A stretch of DNA of 64,000 nucleotides, from assembly GCA_900771805.1 (NCBI GenBank), contig CAAGPL010000009.1:2168-66167 (forward strand), given 5' to 3'. The stretch is from Bacilli bacterium. Its GTDB lineage: Bacteria > Bacillota_I > Bacilli_A > RF39 > UBA660. A program made the translations under genes and the position numbers. This document shows, piece after piece, positions 8,743 through 16,873 of this stretch; position 1 is the first letter of the stretch; each line of letters begins with the position of its first letter. The notes below the pieces were generated by a model that was not told the DNA's origin, searched no databases, and saw only the letters and a program-made list of their open reading frames with translations.

Positions 8743-9480
8743 ATGATTAATGATATTATAAATACTAATTTTTATGAACTATTAGTAGTATCTAAAAGGG
8801 CAGTATTTTCTTTAGTTACACTTTTTTTAGTTTCTAAAATGATTGGAAAAAAACAAGTTAGCCAATTAAGTTTATTTGATTATGTAATAAGTATTTCAAT
8901 AGGTAATTTTGCAGCTGAAATGACAATGAATTTAGATTCACAAGTTTTAGATGGTTTTTTATCAATAGTAATTTTTGGTTTTTTAGCGTTTTTGGTTTCT
9001 ACTATTACAATGAAAAGTATTGTTTTAAGAAGATTTTTTATAGGTACTCCAACGCTTATTATGCAAGATGGCAAATTTATATTACAAAATTTAAAAAAAG
9101 TTAAGTTTGATATGAATGATTTTTTAGAAACAGCAAGGGAAAAAGGTTATTTTGATATTTCAACAATAAAATATGCTTTAATGGAAGCAGATGGAAAGAT
9201 AAGTTTTTTACCGAAAGAGGAAAATTTACCTGTAATAAATAAAGATTTAAAAATAAAAGCTTCTAAAAGCGAACTTGTCAGTAATGTAATTATTGATGGT
9301 AAAATCATAAAAGAAAATTTAAAAAATATTGGTAAAAGTGAAAACTGGTTAAAAAATAAGCTTAAAAATAAGGGTTATAAAAATTATAATAATATATTAC
9401 TTTTAACAGTTTCTTTAAGTGGTGCTATAAAAATATTTGAAAAAGATGAAATAGATAAAATAAAGAATGTATTAGAATAA
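8743..9480 (+). CDS. DUF421 (YetF-like) membrane protein
   Basis: KMIGKKQVSQLSLFDYVISISIGNFAAE signature and a C-terminal soluble domain. Confidence 0.7.
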   Translation: MINDIINTNFYELLVVSKRAVFSLVTLFLVSKMIGKKQVSQLSLFDYVISISIGNFAAEMTMNLDSQVLDGFLSIVIFGFLAFLVSTITMKSIVLRRFFIGTPTLIMQDGKFILQNLKKVKFDMNDFLETAREKGYFDISTIKYALMEADGKISFLPKEENLPVINKDLKIKASKSELVSNVIIDGKIIKENLKNIGKSENWLKNKLKNKGYKNYNNILLLTVSLSGAIKIFEKDEIDKIKNVLE

Positions 9481-9534
9481 TATTATAATTGTTTATATTC
9501 TTTTTTTATGCTATTATTTTTATGGTGATAATAA

Positions 9535-12105
9535 ATGAAGAATAAATTAAAAAAACATATAATTGACAATAAATGGGTTTATATAACTTTTATTGTATCA
9601 CTATGTGTTATATCTATTATATATATATTTAAAAAGATATCTCCATTTGGAAATAATTCAATGCTTGATGTTGATTTTTATCATCAATATGGACCATTAC
9701 TAAATGAATTAAATGATAGAATAAGAAATGGTAAAACTCTTTTGTATTCATTTAATACAGGTGGTGGAATTCCATTTTATAGAAATTTTTATAATTATTT
9801 ATCAAGTCCATTTAATTTGATAATGTTATTATTTAAAACAGATGATATAGTTACATCATTTTCAGTTATAATAGGACTTAAAGCTGTATTTGCATCAGGT
9901 ATCATGGCTTATTTTTTAAAAAACGTATTTAAAAGAAATGATATAACAATTCTTATATTTGGTCTTTTATATGCTTATTCTGGATATTTTTGTGCATATT
10001 ATTGGAATATTATGTGGTTAGATGGAATGGTATTTTTACCAATTATAATTTTAGGTATTAATAAATTAATAGATAATAAAAATCCTTTTTTATACACAAT
10101 AAGCTTAGCAATTATGCTTTTTTCTAATTATTTTATAGGATATATGATTTGTATATTTTGTGTATTTTATTTTATTATTTACTTTATATATAAAGGTGAT
10201 TTTAAACTTTCAAATATTATAAGCAAATCATTTATGTTCTTTTTATTTTCTATATTAGCAGCAGGATTAGTTTCATTTTTTCTATTACCACTTTTTTATT
10301 CATTAAAATCAATAAGTGCTACAACTAACACTTTTCCTTCAGTTACAACTAATTTTAGTTTAACAAACTTTTTATTTAATCACTTACAAGGTGTTGATAG
10401 AACTGTTTTTATGAGTGATAATCTTCCACTTCCAAATGTTTATTGTGGTATTTTAACAATTACATTAATTCCTATTTTATTTTTTAATAAAAAAATAAGT
10501 ATTAAATTTAAAATATTATCTTTAATAACAATATTATTTTTCTTCTTTTCTTTTAATATAAATACAATAGATTTTATGTGGCATGGTTTTCATGTTCCAA
10601 ATGACCTGCCTTATAGATATTCGTTTATATATAGTTTTTCATTAATTGTTATTTCTTATTATTCATTAATTAATATTAAATATAATAGTAAATTAACCAT
10701 AAGTATTTGGTTTATGATTATGTTTATATTTATAATGCTATCGTCTAAGTTGTCTTTTAAAAATATAACAGATGATAGGGTAATTATGAATATGATTTTA
10801 TTAGTACTATATTTTATAATTTATTTACTATCATTTTCTAAAAAAAATATAAAAGTTATTTTAAATATATTAATTATTGCTTTAGTTTCATTTGAATGTA
10901 GCTATCCTATAATAAGAAATTGGAACATAAATCATGATATAAAAGCTTTTATGAAAAATAAACAAAATTATACTGATTTAATAAATTATGCTAAAGAAAA
11001 TGATAATGATTTATATAGAATGGAAAAAGAAGAATATTTAACATTAAATGATGGTGCTTGGTATTTATACAATGGTATATCAACATTTTCTTCTATGGCA
11101 TATTATGATATAGCTAAGTTTCAAAAAATGTTTGGTCTTGCTGGAAATAACATTAATAGTTATTATTATAGATATAGACAAACACCTATTTATAACACTA
11201 TTTTTAATGTAAAATATATACTTGGTTCTAATAATTATGATCCATATTATAACTTAGTATATAAAAATAATAATTATGGTTTAAACTTATATAAATATTC
11301 ATCTAGCATAATGTATAGTGTAAATAGCAAAATAGATAATTTAACTTTAGTTAATGATAATCCATTTTTAAATCAAAGTAATTTTGTATTATATTCTACT
11401 GGTATAAAAGATATTTATGAAAAAATAAAAGTATCTAAAATAGAAGGCGCTACTATAAATAATACATATAGTTTAGATGATTTTAATGGAAGTTTTTCAT
11501 ATAACTTATTAGACGATAAAAAAATTAATATAACTTTAGATAACGAAAAAGATAGTAATATATATTTATATATATTAGGAAATGATTTGGATAGTATATA
11601 TGTTGATGGAGAGTATTATTCTATAACGTCAGATGAAAATTATATATTAAATATTGGCTATAAGTTAAAGGGAAATGTTGAAATAACGCTTCAATTTAAT
11701 GATAACTTAAATGGTATATTAGATTTTTATGCTTATCATATAAATGATGATAAATTTAATGAATTTTATAATATAATTAACAAAAATAAATTAAAAGTAG
11801 AAAAATATAATGATACATTTATTTTGGGCAATATTAATTCTGATCATAAAGCAACAGTATTTACAACGCTAGCATATGATAAAGGTTTTAGAGTTTTTGT
11901 AGATGAAAAAGAAGTAAAAACAAAGAAATTATTAAACTCTTATTTAGGATTTAATATAGAAAAAGGCTATCATAAAATAAAGATAATATATTATCCATAT
12001 ATGCAAAAAGAAGGTCTTATAATTTCAATAATTAGTTTTATAGTTATATCGGCATATTTTATCTTTAAAGATGGTAAAAAATTAAAAATAAGAGCAAAAA
12101 GATGA
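9535..12105 (+). CDS. YfhO-family polytopic membrane glycosyltransferase
   Basis: 856 aa with many TM segments. N-terminus ...DFYHQYGPLLNEL...LYSFNTGGGIPFYRNFYNYLSSPFN is typical of YfhO. Confidence 0.75.
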   Translation: MKNKLKKHIIDNKWVYITFIVSLCVISIIYIFKKISPFGNNSMLDVDFYHQYGPLLNELNDRIRNGKTLLYSFNTGGGIPFYRNFYNYLSSPFNLIMLLFKTDDIVTSFSVIIGLKAVFASGIMAYFLKNVFKRNDITILIFGLLYAYSGYFCAYYWNIMWLDGMVFLPIIILGINKLIDNKNPFLYTISLAIMLFSNYFIGYMICIFCVFYFIIYFIYKGDFKLSNIISKSFMFFLFSILAAGLVSFFLLPLFYSLKSISATTNTFPSVTTNFSLTNFLFNHLQGVDRTVFMSDNLPLPNVYCGILTITLIPILFFNKKISIKFKILSLITILFFFFSFNINTIDFMWHGFHVPNDLPYRYSFIYSFSLIVISYYSLINIKYNSKLTISIWFMIMFIFIMLSSKLSFKNITDDRVIMNMILLVLYFIIYLLSFSKKNIKVILNILIIALVSFECSYPIIRNWNINHDIKAFMKNKQNYTDLINYAKENDNDLYRMEKEEYLTLNDGAWYLYNGISTFSSMAYYDIAKFQKMFGLAGNNINSYYYRYRQTPIYNTIFNVKYILGSNNYDPYYNLVYKNNNYGLNLYKYSSSIMYSVNSKIDNLTLVNDNPFLNQSNFVLYSTGIKDIYEKIKVSKIEGATINNTYSLDDFNGSFSYNLLDDKKINITLDNEKDSNIYLYILGNDLDSIYVDGEYYSITSDENYILNIGYKLKGNVEITLQFNDNLNGILDFYAYHINDDKFNEFYNIINKNKLKVEKYNDTFILGNINSDHKATVFTTLAYDKGFRVFVDEKEVKTKKLLNSYLGFNIEKGYHKIKIIYYPYMQKEGLIISIISFIVISAYFIFKDGKKLKIRAKR

Positions 12106-12221
12106 ATTTAATGTTTAAATTTATCTTTTTTTGTGATAGAATGTTATTAGTTATAATATGGTAGTTATATGTATTTGATTATCGTATTAAAAGGGGTAGG
12201 TTTTTAATAAGGAGGCTAGTT

Positions 12222-13256
12222 ATGATTGGCGTGGTAGAAAGAGTTAAAAATAACGTTCTATTAAAATGTAGTACTTTAAACGATGAAGTAATTTCTAAAG
12301 ATTTAATTGGAATCATAAATTATGGTATTTATCACTTTGCAGAAGGGTTAATGAGCTTAATAAGTGACCTTAATTTTTCTTATACAGAAGAAGATATAAG
12401 AAATAAAACAACTGATATTATAAAGAATCCTATTATAAAAAAAATAAAAAGAAAACTTTTTATAGATTCACTTGCACTTCAAATAACAAATGATTCATTT
12501 ACAGAAGATTACGCAACTAATAAAATAACTTTAGATGAAATAGAAAAAAGGTATATAAAAGAATTAAATTTAAATAAAAGTTCAAATCAGCTTAATATGA
12601 CTGAAGATCTTAATTTAAATGAGATAATAGAAAAATTAAGATTAGAAATTGATAGTAAAGTTACAAACAATGTAAGAGAAAATGTCTTTTTAACAAATGC
12701 TATTAATGATTTATTAGATAAGATAAAAGATGAATTAGAATTAAAATTAAAAGAAATGATAGAAAAGCTTGATTCAAAATATTTATCTATTTTGTTAAGT
12801 GAAATTAAAGAAAATATAATAAAAGAAGAAAAAGATGAAAATGAAGAAAAAGAAGAAGAGGAGTTAGCTATGAACTTAAAAGATACTGAAATAAGTTATG
12901 ACAAAGAAGAAATAAAAACAAATAAATTTGATAAGTATGATGATATGACTTTATTTAACAAAGTTATATTAAGTTTAAATACAAAAGAAGAAAAATTATC
13001 TAGAAAAGAAAGTAAATTAGAAAAAAGAAAAGAAGAAGTTGAAGAACGTCTTACTATAACTAATAAAAATATTGAAAAAAATATAGAAAGAGAAAATAAA
13101 TTATCTCAAAGAAAATTAGAATTAAATACAAATGAAGTAGAATTAAACTCTAAATTGTCAGAAGCCGAAGTTATATTTCTTAATATTAAACCACTTATTA
13201 AAGGTCTTAATAAAATAAAGGTTGAAGAACAAAAAGGAGGAGTAGGAAATGAGTAA
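12222..13256 (+). CDS. Hypothetical cytoplasmic coiled-coil protein
   Basis: Good SD AAGGAGG. No signal peptide or TM segment. The K/E-rich heptad-like C-terminal half is translationally coupled to the next ORF. Confidence 0.6.
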   Translation: MIGVVERVKNNVLLKCSTLNDEVISKDLIGIINYGIYHFAEGLMSLISDLNFSYTEEDIRNKTTDIIKNPIIKKIKRKLFIDSLALQITNDSFTEDYATNKITLDEIEKRYIKELNLNKSSNQLNMTEDLNLNEIIEKLRLEIDSKVTNNVRENVFLTNAINDLLDKIKDELELKLKEMIEKLDSKYLSILLSEIKENIIKEEKDENEEKEEEELAMNLKDTEISYDKEEIKTNKFDKYDDMTLFNKVILSLNTKEEKLSRKESKLEKRKEEVEERLTITNKNIEKNIERENKLSQRKLELNTNEVELNSKLSEAEVIFLNIKPLIKGLNKIKVEEQKGGVGNE

Positions 13257-14673
13257 ATTATTAAGCAGTGTATTAGATAAAGTTAGTGAAGATAATAATA
13301 CTTATAGAAATGAATTACGCAATTTAAATAAGATTATAGATGAAAAATCTACTGCATTAGTTGGTGATATTGTTACATTATCAAATTACACAATAGATTT
13401 TTCTAGTGCCATTTCAAATGCAAAAGAACAGTTAGTAAATCCTATATCTAGAATAATTGAATCTTATGTTATTAAAGATTTAAGAAGTGTAGAAACTGTT
13501 AATGAACAGTTTATTGACAAGATAAATTATAAATTAGAATCTGCTAATATAACAATAAAAGAAGAAAAAGAAAATTTTATAAATAGTTTAGATGCATTAT
13601 TAAATGATAAATATTTAGAGATTGTCAAGATAAAAAGAGTTGAATTTTTAGATTCTAATAACCAAAATGAAGAGATAGAAAACTGTGTAAATGAATTTAT
13701 TAAATACCTAACTTCTAATGCAAAATTTGATGATGATAGGTTAAACCAATTAATAAAAGATTATAAAGAATCTTTATATGAAATTATAAGAAAAGTATTA
13801 ATTAAAATTAGTAATTTATATTTAAATAATTTTGTTAATGAAATAGATGATGCATTAAAAATTTCATTAGATGTAATGCCAAAAGAAATAGATCAAGAAG
13901 AGTTTAGACCTTATGTTCCTGAACTTAAAGTTGCATCAGTTGAACCTGAAGTTCCAGAAGTTCCTAAAGTTCCAGAAATTCCTAAAGTTCCAGAAATTCC
14001 TAAAATTCCTGAGGTTCCAGAAGTTCCTAACGTAGATGTTTCTAATGTAAATGTATCTGAAGTTCCACCAATTACTAATATTTTCAATGTATCAAATAAT
14101 TTAGATATTCAAAAAAATAGTGACTTAACAATGGAAGAAAAAACACTAGAGGATGAAGTTAAACCACTTGATGTAGATAAAGTTGAACCAATTGTTATTT
14201 CAGAAGATAAATATGAGAAAAAGAGTAATGAAGTAAAAAAACCATACGATGTAGAGGAAATATTAAAAATTGCTAAATCACCAATTGTTACTATGAATAA
14301 TGATAAAAAAGAAGATTTTGTAAGTGTATCTCCAATAAAAGATGAAGTTACATCTGAACTATCTGATTCTGAATTTGATGAAGAAGAAATTGTAAAAGAA
14401 ATGATTTCAAGATTGAATAATAGACTTTCTATTATAAAAGAAAGACAAGAAAAATACGATAATGAAAAGAAAAAAATTGAAGATGATGAAAAGTTTGTTA
14501 ATGATTTAATTGAAACTTCAAATGTAAAAAAAGAAGAATTAGACAAGTTTGAAAAAGAATTAGATGATAAAGAAGAAGAATTAGCAAGAAAGAAGAAAGA
14601 ATTAGATAAGAAGATAAATGATGTTTTACCTTTTGCAAATGCTATTATGAAATCAGAAAATGAAGAAGCTTAA
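13249..14673 (+). CDS. Hypothetical coiled-coil protein with a central PE(V/I)PK repeat
   Basis: ATG overlaps the stop region of the upstream ORF. Has a helical N-domain, a proline repeat and a C-terminal coiled coil. Confidence 0.6.
   Translation: MSKLLSSVLDKVSEDNNTYRNELRNLNKIIDEKSTALVGDIVTLSNYTIDFSSAISNAKEQLVNPISRIIESYVIKDLRSVETVNEQFIDKINYKLESANITIKEEKENFINSLDALLNDKYLEIVKIKRVEFLDSNNQNEEIENCVNEFIKYLTSNAKFDDDRLNQLIKDYKESLYEIIRKVLIKISNLYLNNFVNEIDDALKISLDVMPKEIDQEEFRPYVPELKVASVEPEVPEVPKVPEIPKVPEIPKIPEVPEVPNVDVSNVNVSEVPPITNIFNVSNNLDIQKNSDLTMEEKTLEDEVKPLDVDKVEPIVISEDKYEKKSNEVKKPYDVEEILKIAKSPIVTMNNDKKEDFVSVSPIKDEVTSELSDSEFDEEEIVKEMISRLNNRLSIIKERQEKYDNEKKKIEDDEKFVNDLIETSNVKKEELDKFEKELDDKEEELARKKKELDKKINDVLPFANAIMKSENEEA
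13942..14028 (+). repeat. Tandem 9/18-nt repeat encoding EPEVPEVPKVPEIPKVPEIPKIPEVPEVP
   Basis: Repeated gttccagaa(a/g)ttcctaaa units are visible in the DNA. Confidence 0.9.
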
Positions 14674-14744
14674 ATATAGCTTCTTTTTTTGTTCTTTTTT
14701 TTCTTAATATGAATATAGTTAATTAGAAAGATTTGGAGGATAAT

Positions 14745-15242
14745 ATGATAAATAAACAAAAATTATGGTTTTTAACTTTATTTAGTTTAATTTTAGTTTT
14801 AAGTGTATATTATATAACTATGCCTAGTGAACTTTTAACTACTGCAAAAACTACTAATATAAAGACAAATGATGAAAAAAAAGTTAGTATTACAAAAGAG
14901 GATATACTTACGAATCTACAGGTAGAAAAGGATGAGGAAAGGCAAGCTTTGGCAGCCGAGTATAATGAAGTTTTAACTAATAAAGATGCAAGTTTGGATG
15001 AAAAAAATAATGCTTATAATGGTTTGAAAGAATTGGATGATATAAAATCAAAAGAAGAAATGATTAAAAAGAAAATAAAGAAGAATTTAAAATTAGATTC
15101 ATTTATAAAAATAGATTCAAATAGTATAAATGTAACAATTAAGAAAAAGGATCATGATTATTCTCTAGCTAATGATGTTATGAGATTAATACAAGAAGAG
15201 TATAAAAATAAAATGTATATTTCGGTAAAATTTCAAAATTAA
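14745..15242 (+). CDS. spoIIIAH: SpoIIIAH-like protein
   Basis: N-terminus KQKLWFLTLFSLILVLSVYYIT parallels B. subtilis SpoIIIAH KKQTVWLLTMLSLVVVLSVYYI. The C-terminus INVTIKKKDHDYSLANDVMRLIQEE...ISVKF parallels INITVKSDKHSKSKATAIIDLVAKE...VAVTF. Confidence 0.65.
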   Translation: MINKQKLWFLTLFSLILVLSVYYITMPSELLTTAKTTNIKTNDEKKVSITKEDILTNLQVEKDEERQALAAEYNEVLTNKDASLDEKNNAYNGLKELDDIKSKEEMIKKKIKKNLKLDSFIKIDSNSINVTIKKKDHDYSLANDVMRLIQEEYKNKMYISVKFQN

Positions 15243-15244
15243 GT

Positions 15245-15272
15245 ACCATTTTTTAGTCTTGCTCATAAAATA
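15245..15272 (+). promoter_or_regulatory. Sigma-K-type promoter candidate upstream of the gerE-like gene
   Basis: AC (15245-46), a 17-nt spacer, then CATAAAATA (15264-72) fits AC-N17-CATAnnnTA. Confidence 0.4.
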
Positions 15273-15322
15273 ATATAGAAAAAATATTAAAATACCTCTT
15301 ATAATAGGAAAGTGGGGAAATT

Positions 15323-15529
15323 ATGAGCAAGGCAATACTAACAAAAAGAGAAAAGGAAATCTTTGATTATTTAATAACAAATAAAACTACAAGAGAAATA
15401 GCACAAAAACTAAAAATAAGTGAAAAAACTGTTAGAAATCATATATCTAATGTGATGCAAAAACTTGGTGTTAAAGGAAGAGCATGTGCGGTAATTGAAC
15501 TTATAAAATTAAATGAGATTACTTTATAA
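15323..15529 (+). CDS. gerE: GerE-like LuxR-family HTH regulator (stand-alone DNA-binding domain)
   Basis: 68 aa with LTKREKEIFDYL...TTREIAQKLKISEKTVRNHISNVMQKLGV. The size and stand-alone architecture match GerE. Confidence 0.7.
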   Translation: MSKAILTKREKEIFDYLITNKTTREIAQKLKISEKTVRNHISNVMQKLGVKGRACAVIELIKLNEITL

Positions 15530-15554
15530 AATCGCATATAATATGCGATTTTTT
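15528..15554 (+). terminator. Rho-independent terminator
   Basis: ATCGCAT-ataat-ATGCGAT followed by TTTTTT. Confidence 0.8.
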
Positions 15555-15578
15555 CATATAATGTAAAGGAGGTTATAC

Positions 15579-16529
15579 ATGTTAAGAAAATTTGTTTATA
15601 ATAAAATTTTTAGAACTACAGGTATGCTTTTATTACTATTATTGCTTCTTTTATTTCCAGCTTCAAAAGAATATAATTTAAAAGATGATTATTCAGTTAA
15701 AACAAGTGCAAATATAAAAAAAAGAGAAGTATATTTAATTGATAAAGATGGATATGTTGCTAGGTGTAAAATTAATATAAATGAAACATCTAAAATAAAT
15801 TATGCAAAAAAAATGATAGAATTTTTGATAATTGATGGGAAATATGAAGAAAAAATTCCAAATGGTTTTAAACCTATTTTACCTTCTGATTTAAAGATTA
15901 ATAATATAACAATAAATGATAATAATATTAATGTGGACTTATCTAAAGAGTTTTATGATTTAACAAGCAAAGACTTTATTAAAGCTAAAGAAGCAATAAC
16001 ATATAATTTAACTTCATTAGATGGAATTTATAATGTATATTTGAGTATAGATGGTAAATTACTTAATAATTTTGATAATAAAACTGTTATTCAGCCTTTT
16101 AAAAGATCTGATGGAATAAATAAAAGCTATGAACAAACAAATTATAAAAATACTAATAGTGTAACAGTTTATTTTGTAAATAAGGGTAACAATAATTATC
16201 ATTTTGTTCCTGTAACTAAAATAACGAATGATAATAGAGAGAAAATTAGAATAATAATTGATGAACTTACAACATCAAATATTTATGAAACTAATTTAAT
16301 GAGTTTTTTAAATTATAATACTAAATTACTGGATTATGAATTAAAGGATAATATTTTAACGCTAAATTTTAATGAGTTTTTATTTGATGATAGCGCAAAT
16401 AAAAACATACTTGAAGAGGTTATATATTCAATTTGTTTATCTATAAGGGATAATTATAGTGTAAAAGAAGTTGTTTTTACAGTGAATGGAAAAGAAATTA
16501 TTAAAAGTGTTATAAAAAATATTGAATAA
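15579..16529 (+). CDS. GerM-like (two GerMN-type domains) sporulation/germination protein, tentative
   Basis: N-terminal hydrophobic anchor (poly-Leu), ~300 aa, and a bipartite repeat-like organisation next to sporulation genes. No motif-level proof. Confidence 0.4.
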   Translation: MLRKFVYNKIFRTTGMLLLLLLLLLFPASKEYNLKDDYSVKTSANIKKREVYLIDKDGYVARCKININETSKINYAKKMIEFLIIDGKYEEKIPNGFKPILPSDLKINNITINDNNINVDLSKEFYDLTSKDFIKAKEAITYNLTSLDGIYNVYLSIDGKLLNNFDNKTVIQPFKRSDGINKSYEQTNYKNTNSVTVYFVNKGNNNYHFVPVTKITNDNREKIRIIIDELTTSNIYETNLMSFLNYNTKLLDYELKDNILTLNFNEFLFDDSANKNILEEVIYSICLSIRDNYSVKEVVFTVNGKEIIKSVIKNIE

Positions 16530-16550
16530 TTATTTCTTTTGTTGTATAAT
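16522..16550 (+). promoter_or_regulatory. Sigma-A promoter for tRNA-Arg
   Basis: TTGAAT (16522-27), a 17-nt spacer, then TATAAT (16545-50). Overlaps the stop codon of the upstream gene. Confidence 0.6.
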
Positions 16551-16639
16551 TAATTTGTTCTTATTCAAACAAGTTTTAAATTTTATGAAATTTAATTATG
16601 TTCCTTTTAATAACATTGTTCATTGTTTGAATAAGCCTT

Positions 16640-16716
<77 letters not shown>

Positions 16717-16728
16717 CTTATGAAAAAT

Positions 16729-16755
16729 AAAAACTTGCATTTGTAAGTTTTTTTT
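16729..16755 (+). terminator. Rho-independent terminator after the tRNA
   Basis: AAACTTGC-attt-GTAAGTTT followed by a T-run. Confidence 0.7.
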
Positions 16756-16873
16756 ATTTAATTAATTTACATATAAACGCAAGGATAGTTATTATTCTTG
16801 CATTTTTTAATAAAAATTTTTATAAAATCCCGAGGGAATATTATATATCTTAGATAACAATATAACTGAGGAG

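Noticed and set aside
13942-14028. The tandem DNA repeat, considered as a possible CRISPR or minisatellite.
   Set aside because: The units are 9-18 nt, contiguous with no spacers, and in frame within a long ORF. This is a coding proline-rich repeat, not a CRISPR array.
14109-14546. 145-aa Ser/Phe-rich minus-strand ORF.
   Set aside because: It is antisense to the K/E-rich (AAA/GAA) part of the coiled-coil gene. It is low complexity with no SD or promoter.
16826-16842. Interpreting GAGGGAATAT after the CCGAGGG box as a sigma-H -10 element (RnnGAATww).
   Set aside because: There is no AGGAwww -35 element at the proper spacing. The second copy of the box, upstream of dnaG, lacks GAAT.
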